Positions 1 through 6,360 of a DNA stretch of 10,254 bases are shown here, piece by piece. Origin of the DNA: an uncultured Eubacteriales bacterium (lineage in GTDB: Bacteria; Acidobacteriota; Aminicenantia; Aminicenantales; Saccharicenantaceae); contig CAZJBD010000084.1 of assembly GCA_964544265.1 (NCBI GenBank), forward strand, positions 1-10,254, written 5' to 3'. The stretch's first letter is position 1. Each line of letters opens with the position of its first letter. The notes beneath the pieces were generated by a model that searched no databases, was not told where the DNA came from, and saw only the letters and a program-made list of their open reading frames with translations. The translations under genes were made by a program, and so were the position numbers.

Positions 1-230
1 TCCAACCCCAGATGGTGGCCGAGGACTTTTCCTTTTATGGCCAGAAAATCCCCGGGTTCTTCTACTTTCTCGGGGTTAAAAGCCCTTCCCAAGCGGCAGC
101 CGCCCTTCACAGTCCGAACTTCAATCCGGACGAAAGGAGCATTCCTCTTGGGATCAAGCTCATGTGCCACCTCCTTCTCGATTCCCTGGACAAGCAGAAT
201 CCGATCGAGTCGCTCCCCTCAACCTTCTAG
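1..230 (+). CDS. C-terminal fragment of an M20-family metallopeptidase/amidohydrolase (hippurate-hydrolase-like). The 5' end is cut by the window edge. The frame is that of the 12..230 ORF and the stop is TAG at 228-230.
   Basis: The translated tail is ...GQKIPGFFYFLGVKS...AAALHSPNFNPDERSIPLGIKLMCHLLLDSL. The H-[SN]-P-x-F-x-x-DE segment and the hydrophobic C-terminus are typical of M20D amidohydrolases. The ORF stays open to the left edge of the window. Confidence 0.55.
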   Translation, partial: QPQMVAEDFSFYGQKIPGFFYFLGVKSPSQAAAALHSPNFNPDERSIPLGIKLMCHLLLDSLDKQNPIESLPSTF

Positions 231-235
231 GATCC

Positions 236-2620
236 ATGCCCTTTCCGTTTCTCTTCCTTGCCCTGGCCTTGATTGCCGGGATCGCGGCCGTTTCCGCCTC
301 TGTCCTGCCGGCCTCAGCCGCCGCCCCTGCCCTGATCGCAAGCCTCCTCGGGGCCTGGTTTTTTTTCATCCTAAAGAAGAGCCGGGCCGCTTTCTCTTTC
401 CTGCTGGCCGCGACCGTCTTTTTTGGGGCCGCCGTGACCGCCTACCGGAATCAACAATATGAAACCAACGCCCTCCGCACCTTGAAGCTGGCCGAATACG
501 CCGATTTCTTCGGGACCGTCGTCCGATCTCCCGGCCGGGAGATCGATCGCGACTCGATCCTCATCGAGGTGGAAAAGGTCCGCTCCGCCGGCAAGGACGA
601 AGAGGTCGGGGGCCGACTGCGGATCATGGTCCCCCGTTCCACAGAAGTCCCGCCCAGGCCTGAGCTCTTCACCGGCGACAAGATCAAGGTTTCAGCCCGT
701 ATCTACGGATCGAAGGATTTCAATAACTTCAACAGCCCATTCTATGCCCGCTACCTCAAAAGTCAGGGCATCCATAATCGCGCCTTCACCAAAAGCCCTC
801 TGCTCATCGAGCGGACGGCCAGCGGAAAAAGGGCTTCCGTATTCCATGCCGTTTCCGTCCTCCGCCAAGCCCTCCAGAAGCAGCTCGAACGCTATTTCCC
901 CGCTCCCCCGCCGGCGCGAATCTCGCCCGAAGGAGCGGTCCTCGAGGCCCTGTTGCTCGGGGACGACGGACGCCTGGACCCCGGGATGGTCCTGTCCCTG
1001 CAGAAGACGGGACTTTATCATCTGTTCGCGATCTCCGGCGCCCACATCGCCATCGTCACTTTTTTGTTTTTCTCGCTTTTCAGGCTGGTCAGGATCCCCC
1101 AACGAACCTCCTACGGGATTCTCATCGCCTGCCTTGTTTTCTACACCCTGCTCGTCGAAGGAAGTCCGTCCGTCCTCAGGGCCGTCATCATGACCCTCTG
1201 CTTTTTGGCCGGCAAGCTCCTCTGGAAAGACGTCCATCTCATCAATACGATCTCGCTCAGCGCCTTCATCCTTCTTGTAGCCAATCCCTTCAGTTTGTTC
1301 GATCTGGGATTCCAGCTGACGTTTGCGGCAACCCTTGCCATCATCCTTTTCTATCCCAAGCTCATCAAGTTTTTCCCCAAGCTCCCCCTAAAGGCGAGCG
1401 AGCTCGCAGTCATGTCCATCACCGCCTCTCTGGGCGTCCTGCCCATCCTGGCCGCCGATTTTAACCGGGTGACGTTTTCGTCCCTCATCCTTAACTTCGC
1501 CGCAGTCCCCCTCGTCGGTTTTGTCATGGGGGCGGGGTACGTTTTTTTGCCGGTTTCATTCGCCTCCCCGCTCCTTGCCCGGGGGATGGCGTTCTGCCTT
1601 CGCGAGCTTGTCCGAATTTTTTCTTGGTTGAGCCATCTCCTCGACCCGATTGGGTTCATCTCCTATAGGATTCCCACACCCTCCTGGACGATCCTCGCCG
1701 GCTACTTTGTCTTCCTCCTTCTTCTGCTGGCGCCCCGGCGGTTCCGGGCCCAAAAATCCATCACCCTCGCCTGTTTTGCTGTCTTCTTTGTCCTCCTTAT
1801 CACCTTTCCCTTCCCGTCGACCTCGTCCGACCTCAAGGTCACCATCCTTGACGTCGGACAGGGAGATTCGATTCTAGTCGAGTTCCCGGGCAGACGCAAA
1901 ATGCTCATCGACGGCGGCGGATTCCCGGAAGGCTCGTTCGACGTGGGCGAGAGGGTGGTTTCCCCCTTCTTGTGGAGGAAAGGAATCAAAAAGATAGATG
2001 AACTCGTCCTAACCCACAACCACCCCGACCATCTTAACGGCCTGCCGGCCGTGGCCCGTAACTTCCGGATCGGCGAATTCTGGGAGGCCGGAGGTCCGGT
2101 GGACAGCGAACCCTACCGGGCCCTGGGCGAGGCCCTCGGACCCCGAGTCCCCAGAAAAACGGTCAGGCGAGGATTCGTCCGCCGGGAGAGCGGAACCGTT
2201 ATAGAGGCCCTTCACCCTCCAGAGGGCGAGGACTTCATCCAACGCGTCAGCGAAAATGACCGATCGATCGTCCTCAGATTAACCTTCGGCGGGATATCCT
2301 TCCTTCTGCCCGGAGATATCGAACGGAGGGCCGAGGCCGAAATCCTGGGTGCGTTGCGTGAAATCCACAGCCAGGTGCTGAAAGCGCCCCATCACGGCAG
2401 CGACTCCTCGAGCTCGGCAGCGTTCCTGGCCGCAGTTTCTCCGGAATATGCGGTCCTTACGGTCGGGGAAAACAACCGCTACGGCTTTCCAATTCCAGCG
2501 ATTTTAGACCGCTATGCCTTGACCGGCGCCCGCGTCTTTCGAACCGATGTCGATGGAGCCGTCGAGTTCTCCACGGACGGAAGCAGACTGCATATCCGGA
2601 CAGCAGCGGGGAACCGTTAG
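236..2620 (+). CDS. comEC: ComEC/Rec2 DNA internalisation channel, full three-domain form (N-terminal DUF4131-like region, polytopic Competence domain, C-terminal metallo-beta-lactamase domain).
   Basis: About 795 aa. There are multiple TM helices. The competence-domain signature is ...LQKTGLYHLFAISGAHIAIV... The C-terminal MBL motifs are ...LDVGQGDSILVE... and ...LVLTHNHPDHLNGL... (HxHxDH), with a later ...KAPHHGS... I prefer the ATG at 236 (MPFPFLFLALALIAG..., which begins directly with a TM segment) over the GTG at 164, because the 164 start would overlap the upstream gene by 67 nt. Confidence 0.9.
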   Translation: MPFPFLFLALALIAGIAAVSASVLPASAAAPALIASLLGAWFFFILKKSRAAFSFLLAATVFFGAAVTAYRNQQYETNALRTLKLAEYADFFGTVVRSPGREIDRDSILIEVEKVRSAGKDEEVGGRLRIMVPRSTEVPPRPELFTGDKIKVSARIYGSKDFNNFNSPFYARYLKSQGIHNRAFTKSPLLIERTASGKRASVFHAVSVLRQALQKQLERYFPAPPPARISPEGAVLEALLLGDDGRLDPGMVLSLQKTGLYHLFAISGAHIAIVTFLFFSLFRLVRIPQRTSYGILIACLVFYTLLVEGSPSVLRAVIMTLCFLAGKLLWKDVHLINTISLSAFILLVANPFSLFDLGFQLTFAATLAIILFYPKLIKFFPKLPLKASELAVMSITASLGVLPILAADFNRVTFSSLILNFAAVPLVGFVMGAGYVFLPVSFASPLLARGMAFCLRELVRIFSWLSHLLDPIGFISYRIPTPSWTILAGYFVFLLLLLAPRRFRAQKSITLACFAVFFVLLITFPFPSTSSDLKVTILDVGQGDSILVEFPGRRKMLIDGGGFPEGSFDVGERVVSPFLWRKGIKKIDELVLTHNHPDHLNGLPAVARNFRIGEFWEAGGPVDSEPYRALGEALGPRVPRKTVRRGFVRRESGTVIEALHPPEGEDFIQRVSENDRSIVLRLTFGGISFLLPGDIERRAEAEILGALREIHSQVLKAPHHGSDSSSSAAFLAAVSPEYAVLTVGENNRYGFPIPAILDRYALTGARVFRTDVDGAVEFSTDGSRLHIRTAAGNR

Positions 2621-2711
2621 CTTTGTCTCCCGTGAAACGAAAACACTCCGGGCGGCTCCAGGCCTAAATTCCTTCGTACTCGAAGAAGATCGTCGCGGAT
2701 AGACCGGGAGA

Positions 2712-2740
2712 TTGACAAAGGCGTCCCAGCGTCCGATAAT
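2712..2740 (+). promoter_or_regulatory. Sigma70-type promoter candidate: TTGACA (2712-2717), 17-nt spacer, GATAAT (2735-2740). The predicted TSS is near 2747, which leaves a leader of only about 7 nt before the ATG at 2754.
   Basis: A perfect -35 hexamer, a 5/6 match to the -10 consensus, and the ideal 17-nt spacing, all read directly from the sequence. Confidence 0.45.
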
Positions 2741-2753
2741 ACATTCAAGGGTT

Positions 2754-3323
2754 ATGATGACCAAGAAAATTTTAGCCGCTCTTTTTCTCCCCTTGTTGGT
2801 TGTTTCCTTCCTCGGCGCCCAAAGCCTGGCCGAACTCTCCAAGAAGGAAAAAGAAAGACGGGCCGCCCTAAAAGGCAAGGGGACGGTGGTCACGAATAAT
2901 GATCTGGGCAAGGTGAAAAAGAAACCGGGCGTCGAGTCAACCCAGCCTGCCGCGACCGGTGAAGAGACCAAAACCGAGAATCCCGAGGCCGCTGCAGAGG
3001 CCGCAACGCCTCCGGAAGTCGAAAAAACCCAGGAGGAGCAGGCCCCTCCGCCCGACCAGGAACCCGTCCTGACCGATCAGCAGTATAATGAAGAAAAAAC
3101 CTTCCTCGAGGACCAATTGAATAGGGCCCAGGAATTGGTGGACCTTCTGACGATGAAGATGAACGCCCTCTGGCAGCAGTTCTACAATATGGACAACATG
3201 GAAACGCGGGACAAAGTCCAACTCCAGATCAGCGAGACCTACAATAAGCTGCTTGACGCCGAGCAGGCCAGGCTCAGGGCGGAAGAAGATATCAATAACT
3301 TTATGTCGCGGCCGAGAAAATAA
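2754..3323 (+). CDS. Hypothetical exported protein. It has a signal peptide, a Pro/Glu/Ala/Thr-rich low-complexity linker, and a C-terminal coiled-coil region rich in Q/E/K/N/M.
   Basis: It starts at the tandem ATG ATG (MMTKKILAALFLPLLVVSFLGAQSLA...), which gives a classic n-h-c signal peptide with an AQSLA cleavage site. The TTG at 2712 used by the ORF track lies inside the predicted -35 box and is unlikely to be the real start. It terminates at a double stop TAA TAA. I recognise no family. It is loosely reminiscent of Skp/OmpH-type periplasmic coiled-coil proteins, but I cannot support that call. Confidence 0.6.
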   Translation: MMTKKILAALFLPLLVVSFLGAQSLAELSKKEKERRAALKGKGTVVTNNDLGKVKKKPGVESTQPAATGEETKTENPEAAAEAATPPEVEKTQEEQAPPPDQEPVLTDQQYNEEKTFLEDQLNRAQELVDLLTMKMNALWQQFYNMDNMETRDKVQLQISETYNKLLDAEQARLRAEEDINNFMSRPRK

Positions 3324-3325
3324 TA

Positions 3326-3350
3326 AGGCGGTTTTGGGGCTTTTTCGCCT
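3326..3350. terminator. Weak hairpin between two convergent genes: AGGCG (3326-3330) pairs with CGCCT (3346-3350) around a 15-nt loop rich in T runs. It may be a bidirectional terminator.
   Basis: A 5-bp GC-rich stem that has T runs on the plus strand and A runs on the minus strand, sitting in the 25-bp gap between two stop codons. The loop is too long for a canonical intrinsic terminator. Confidence 0.2.
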
Positions 3351-4215
3351 ACCTGAAATAGAGAAACGAAACCTGAATTCCCAGTTCCCTGGGGTCAGAC
3401 GAACCCGGAAGAGCCTGAGCGGGAATAAAGGTCTTATCCGTGCCGATGATCAGCCTGAACTCGTTCTCAGTACCAAGCATATCTTTCTTAACGTCGTAGG
3501 ATTTATCGAAGCTTCCTTGGGTGGGGATGAACTCGTCCAAAACCATGTCGTTGATCTTGATGATGACCTTCTGGTCTTTGAGGGCATCCAAATTGGTCCC
3601 GCCCCTAACGACCAGAAGGGCGTCGCGCTGTGGGTTGTCGATGAGACAGCGGGCCTCTTTCCCCGTCCATCGCCACTGCTTAAGGAAGGCCTTGGCGTCG
3701 GTTTCCTGCGGGTACCAGCCCGATTCATAGATGATCCCCGGGGTATCGGGAGGCGGGGGGGTGACCTTCAACTTCTTTTCAAATATTTGGATGTTCGATT
3801 TTCCCGTCCTGTCAAAAGGATTGACAAGCCCGACGGACAGCCTGAGGGTCTCCTCCCCTGCAAACTGCGGATCGAGCTCGTCGATGAAAGGAGGGATGTA
3901 GATCCGGTGTTTGAATGAATATTCCTTGCCGGGCTCCCATTTGGAGGTGGGGACTTCCGGAACATAATCGTCCTGGAAGAGCATGTTGTTTTTATGCCAA
4001 TAATGGACAAAAACGGTATAGTCCGCAGGCATCTTCTGAAATTCCGCCGTCGTCTTCCATCTATACTCGACGTTCGTCATGAGGCTGTCCGAGAGGTTCT
4101 GGTCGGAAAAGCCCACGGTGAACTCGACGCCCTTCACCTGGGGCTTTTTCCGGCAGGAGAAGGAAAAGGATACGGCAATTATCAATAAAAAGACCACAAT
4201 CGTCCGTTTCTTCAT
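3349..4215 (-). CDS. Hypothetical exported protein, possibly a lipoprotein. Its N-terminal signal sequence ends in ...AVSFSFSC followed by RKKPQ. It belongs to no family I recognise.
   Basis: 288 aa. It has a strong RBS: the reverse complement of 4216-4230 reads TTAGGAGGTTTTCGA immediately before the ATG. The N-terminus MKKRTIVVFLLIIAVSFSFSC is a signal peptide with a Cys directly after it, although the lipobox is non-canonical. The mature part is rich in W/Y/K/D, which looks beta-rich. Confidence 0.7.
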   Translation of the reverse strand: MKKRTIVVFLLIIAVSFSFSCRKKPQVKGVEFTVGFSDQNLSDSLMTNVEYRWKTTAEFQKMPADYTVFVHYWHKNNMLFQDDYVPEVPTSKWEPGKEYSFKHRIYIPPFIDELDPQFAGEETLRLSVGLVNPFDRTGKSNIQIFEKKLKVTPPPPDTPGIIYESGWYPQETDAKAFLKQWRWTGKEARCLIDNPQRDALLVVRGGTNLDALKDQKVIIKINDMVLDEFIPTQGSFDKSYDVKKDMLGTENEFRLIIGTDKTFIPAQALPGSSDPRELGIQVSFLYFR

Positions 4216-4251
4216 ATCGAAAACCTCCTAAACAGGATAAATCATTTCGTC

Positions 4252-4280
4252 ATTATAAGAAATTGATCAGCGTTTGTAAA
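4252..4280 (-). promoter_or_regulatory. Sigma70-type promoter candidate on the minus strand. The -35 box TTTACA is the reverse complement of 4275-4280. It is followed by a 17-nt spacer and a perfect -10 box TATAAT (reverse complement of 4252-4257). It drives the exported-protein gene at 3349-4215.
   Basis: Read directly from the reverse complement. The -35 is a 5/6 match, the -10 a 6/6 match, and the spacing is 17 nt. The leader from the predicted TSS to the AGGAGG RBS is about 25-30 nt. Confidence 0.45.
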
Positions 4281-4298
4281 GGTGCGCGGCTAAATAAT

Positions 4299-4403
4299 AA
4301 AAAAGCAGGGGTCAAACCTACTCTTTTGACAGTTTTAAAAAAGCAGGGGTCAAACCTACTCTTTTGACAGTTTTGTCAAAAGAGTAGGTTTGACCCCTGC
4401 TTT
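4299..4403. repeat. Repeat array in the divergent promoter region. Two identical tandem 38-bp direct repeats (4299-4336 and 4337-4374, AAAAAAGCAGGGGTCAAACCTACTCTTTTGACAGTTTT) are followed immediately by an inverted copy of the 29-bp core (4375-4403). Together these create a perfect 29-bp-stem hairpin spanning 4340-4403. Each unit carries an internal palindrome GTCAAA-N8-TTTGAC.
   Basis: The exact identity of the repeats was verified base by base. The stem is AAAGCAGGGGTCAAACCTACTCTTTTGAC with a loop AGTTTT. The three GTCAAA-N8-TTTGAC palindromes are centred near 4320, 4358 and 4384. Each unit embeds a TTGACA hexamer. The right end of the array overlaps the -35 box of the predicted lpxK promoter. 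Confidence 0.85.
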
Positions 4404-4429
4404 ACAGGCGCGAACGTCTATTGTATATT
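4401..4429 (+). promoter_or_regulatory. Sigma70-type promoter candidate for the lpxK operon: TTTACA (4401-4406), 17-nt spacer, TATATT (4424-4429), with a TG dinucleotide just upstream of the -10 box. The predicted TSS lies only 2-4 nt before the lpxK ATG, so the transcript would be leaderless or nearly so.
   Basis: Read directly from the sequence. The -35 box shares its first three bases with the last three bases of the long palindrome. There is no Shine-Dalgarno sequence between the -10 box and the ATG at 4439, and an in-frame TGA sits at 4436-4438. Confidence 0.4.
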
Positions 4430-4438
4430 CCGGCTTGA

Positions 4439-5455
4439 ATGAAGGCTCTTCTTCTCCTATTTTCGCCCGTCTCGAGGCTCGTCTGCCGGATCAAGGCCAA
4501 CCTATACACAAAAGGGAGGCTCAGGTCCCGGAAAGCGCCCCTGCCGGTCATAAGCGTCGGGAACATCTCTTTCGGAGGCTCGGAAAAGACCCCTTTGGCG
4601 ATGGAGCTTATCGCTTGCCTCCTCGACCGGGGATGGAAGCCGGCCCTGGTTTCCAGGGGCTACCGGGGTCAATGGGAAAAGGAAGGAGGCGTTCTCTCCG
4701 ACGGGGCCGGGCTTCGGGGGAGCTGGCGACAGGGCGGCGATGAGCCCTATCTGGTCGCCCGCAGATTTCCCGGCGCCGGAGTTCTTGTTGGCCGGGACAA
4801 GCTCGCCTCCTGCCGGAGGGCCCATGAGCTCGGATTCACGGCCGCCGTCCTAGACGACGCCTTCCAGCACCTCCGGTTGGCAAGAAACCTGGACATCGTC
4901 CTTATCGATTCCCGCAAAAAGCTCGCCCTTCGCGAGGGCGCCTCGTCCTTAAGGCGGGCCGGAATCATCCTGGTCAGGGATACGGCACAACCGGGGACAA
5001 AGCAGACCATGAGGGCTTCGTTCCCCGGCGCCGCCATCTTCGATTACCGGACGATACCAATAGGATTTGTTAATCTCCGGGACGGAGAAATGGCCCCTCG
5101 GAATTCGTTCCGGGGCAAAAGCGTCCTGGCTTTCTGCGGGATCGCCGATCCCTCGAGGTTTAAAAACCTCCTGCGGGAGGTCGGCGCCGACGTCCGCTCC
5201 TTCCTTGTTTTTCCCGACCACCACCCCTATCCGGCGGCTTCCCTCAAGAAGATCGCCCGAAGGTTCGCCGCATCCGGGGCCGAGGCGATCCTTACGACCG
5301 AGAAGGACGCGATCAAGCTCGTTTCGGCCGGGACTGCCCTAGAAGGCCTCCCTCTCCATGCCCTCAGGATCGGGCTCGATATCGAAGAGGGATTCTACGA
5401 TCTCGTCGAGGCCGGCCTCAAGAAAGCGGCCGCCGGCAAGGAAGGCCGGGTATGA
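4439..5455 (+). CDS. lpxK: Tetraacyldisaccharide-1-phosphate 4'-kinase (lipid A 4'-kinase).
   Basis: 338 aa. It carries the LpxK N-terminal P-loop region ...APLPVISVGNISFGGSEKTPLAMELIACLLDRGWKPALVSRGYRG... (compare E. coli ...[20 protein letters not shown]...VVSRGYGG...). The conserved acidic pair is present in ...AAVLDDAFQH... The start is fixed, because an in-frame TGA immediately precedes the ATG at 4439. Confidence 0.9.
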   Translation: MKALLLLFSPVSRLVCRIKANLYTKGRLRSRKAPLPVISVGNISFGGSEKTPLAMELIACLLDRGWKPALVSRGYRGQWEKEGGVLSDGAGLRGSWRQGGDEPYLVARRFPGAGVLVGRDKLASCRRAHELGFTAAVLDDAFQHLRLARNLDIVLIDSRKKLALREGASSLRRAGIILVRDTAQPGTKQTMRASFPGAAIFDYRTIPIGFVNLRDGEMAPRNSFRGKSVLAFCGIADPSRFKNLLREVGADVRSFLVFPDHHPYPAASLKKIARRFAASGAEAILTTEKDAIKLVSAGTALEGLPLHALRIGLDIEEGFYDLVEAGLKKAAAGKEGRV

Positions 5456-6360
5456 GGATTCAGGCCGAATTCCTGGCATTCCTGGCGCTGAAGTTCTTCA
5501 TATCCCTCCTCCCGCGTTCGTGGTGCCTGGCTCTCGGGCGTTCACTGGGCACTCTTGCCTTTTATCTCGACGGCCGCCATCGTCGAATCGCCCTCCGGAA
5601 CCTCCGGACGGCCTTCGGCGGGCAGAAGGGCCCGGCGGAGTTCCGGGCGATCGCCAGGGCCTCCTTTCGGCACTTCGGCCAGGTCATGATCGACATCCTC
5701 AAGCTCTTTCACTACGAACGCTCGAAGATCGAAGAGCTGGTGACCGTAGAAGGCTGGGAAAACCTGGAGAACGCGATCCGCCTCGGCAAAGGGGTCCTCT
5801 TGTTCTCCGCCCACTTTGGGAACTGGGAGATAGGCTCCGTCATAATCTCGAAGGCCGTGAAGCTCAATGTCATCGCCCGGGCGCTGGACAACGAGCTCAT
5901 CGAAGCAGAGCTGGTGAGGTTCCGGCAGAGAATGGGCGGCCATGTCATTTATAAACAGCAGGCCGCGCGCGAGGTCCTCAGGGCCCTCAGGAACAGGGAG
6001 GCCGTGGCCATCCTCGTCGATCAGAACGTCCTCCGCGTCCAGGCGGTCTTCGTGGACTTTTTCGGCCGGCCGGCCGGTACGACCCCGGTCCTGGGCGCTT
6101 TCGCCCTTAGAACAGAAGCCCCCCTGGTCCCGGCCTATTGTCTCCCGGTCGCCTCCGGCCGCTACCTCCTGAAAATCCTCCCTCCCCCGGCCATCGCCCC
6201 GGATAAAGACGTCGGGACGAACGTGTTGAAAATCACCCAAACATGCACTAAGATTATCGAGAATGAGATCCGGGAAAATCCCGGGTTCTGGCTTTGGTTC
6301 CATGACAGATGGCGATCGAGGCCGAAAGAGGAACATGACCATCAAGACGACACTCCCTGA
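5452..6360 (+). CDS. lpxL: Lipid A biosynthesis late (secondary) acyltransferase of the LpxL/HtrB/LpxM family (lysophospholipid acyltransferase superfamily).
   Basis: 302 aa. There is an N-terminal membrane anchor, and the catalytic dyad motif sits in ...LLFSAHFGNWEIGS... (H-x4-E, characteristic of LpxL-family enzymes). The start overlaps the lpxK stop in an ATGA arrangement (ATG 5452 / TGA 5453-5455). An AAGGAAGG Shine-Dalgarno sequence lies about 8 nt upstream. Confidence 0.85.
   Translation: MRIQAEFLAFLALKFFISLLPRSWCLALGRSLGTLAFYLDGRHRRIALRNLRTAFGGQKGPAEFRAIARASFRHFGQVMIDILKLFHYERSKIEELVTVEGWENLENAIRLGKGVLLFSAHFGNWEIGSVIISKAVKLNVIARALDNELIEAELVRFRQRMGGHVIYKQQAAREVLRALRNREAVAILVDQNVLRVQAVFVDFFGRPAGTTPVLGAFALRTEAPLVPAYCLPVASGRYLLKILPPPAIAPDKDVGTNVLKITQTCTKIIENEIRENPGFWLWFHDRWRSRPKEEHDHQDDTP

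Noticed and set aside
37-462. A 141-aa plus-strand ORF in an alternative frame overlapping the M20 fragment and the comEC start. The 160-369 minus-strand ORF is similar.
   Set aside because: These are Arg/Pro/Ser-rich out-of-frame translations of two well-supported genes, with no independent evidence.
2683-2696. A small palindrome CTTCG-TACT-CGAAG downstream of comEC, considered as a possible terminator.
   Set aside because: The stem is only 5 bp with no T-tract. It is too weak to call an intrinsic terminator.
4299-4374. The two 38-bp direct repeats could be read as a minimal CRISPR array.
   Set aside because: The repeats are directly abutting with no spacers. There are only two copies plus an inverted copy, there is no leader, and there are no cas genes. 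An operator array or palindromic element is the better explanation.
4390-4743. A 117-aa plus-strand ORF overlapping the start of lpxK in another frame.
   Set aside because: It is a Gly/Arg/Pro-rich alternative frame of lpxK. It has no start context, and the lpxK frame carries the family motifs.
6263-6334. An upstream ATG at 6263 (or 6302) as the rph start, which is the choice made by the ORF track.
   Set aside because: It would add 24 residues (MRSGKIPGSGFGSMTDGDRGRKRN) with no similarity to RNase PH N-termini. It lacks an RBS and lies deep inside lpxL. The ATG at 6335 has a GAGGA RBS and yields an N-terminus of normal length.
5542-6345. A 267-aa minus-strand ORF antisense to the lpxL-family gene. 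Similar antisense ORFs lie at 7348-7926 and 8073-8726 opposite uxs and the GT2, and at 692-1237 opposite comEC.
   Set aside because: The sense-strand genes have strong, specific homology signatures. The antisense ORFs have Arg/Gly/Pro/Asp-rich composition typical of the reverse frame of high-GC genes, and they have no RBS.
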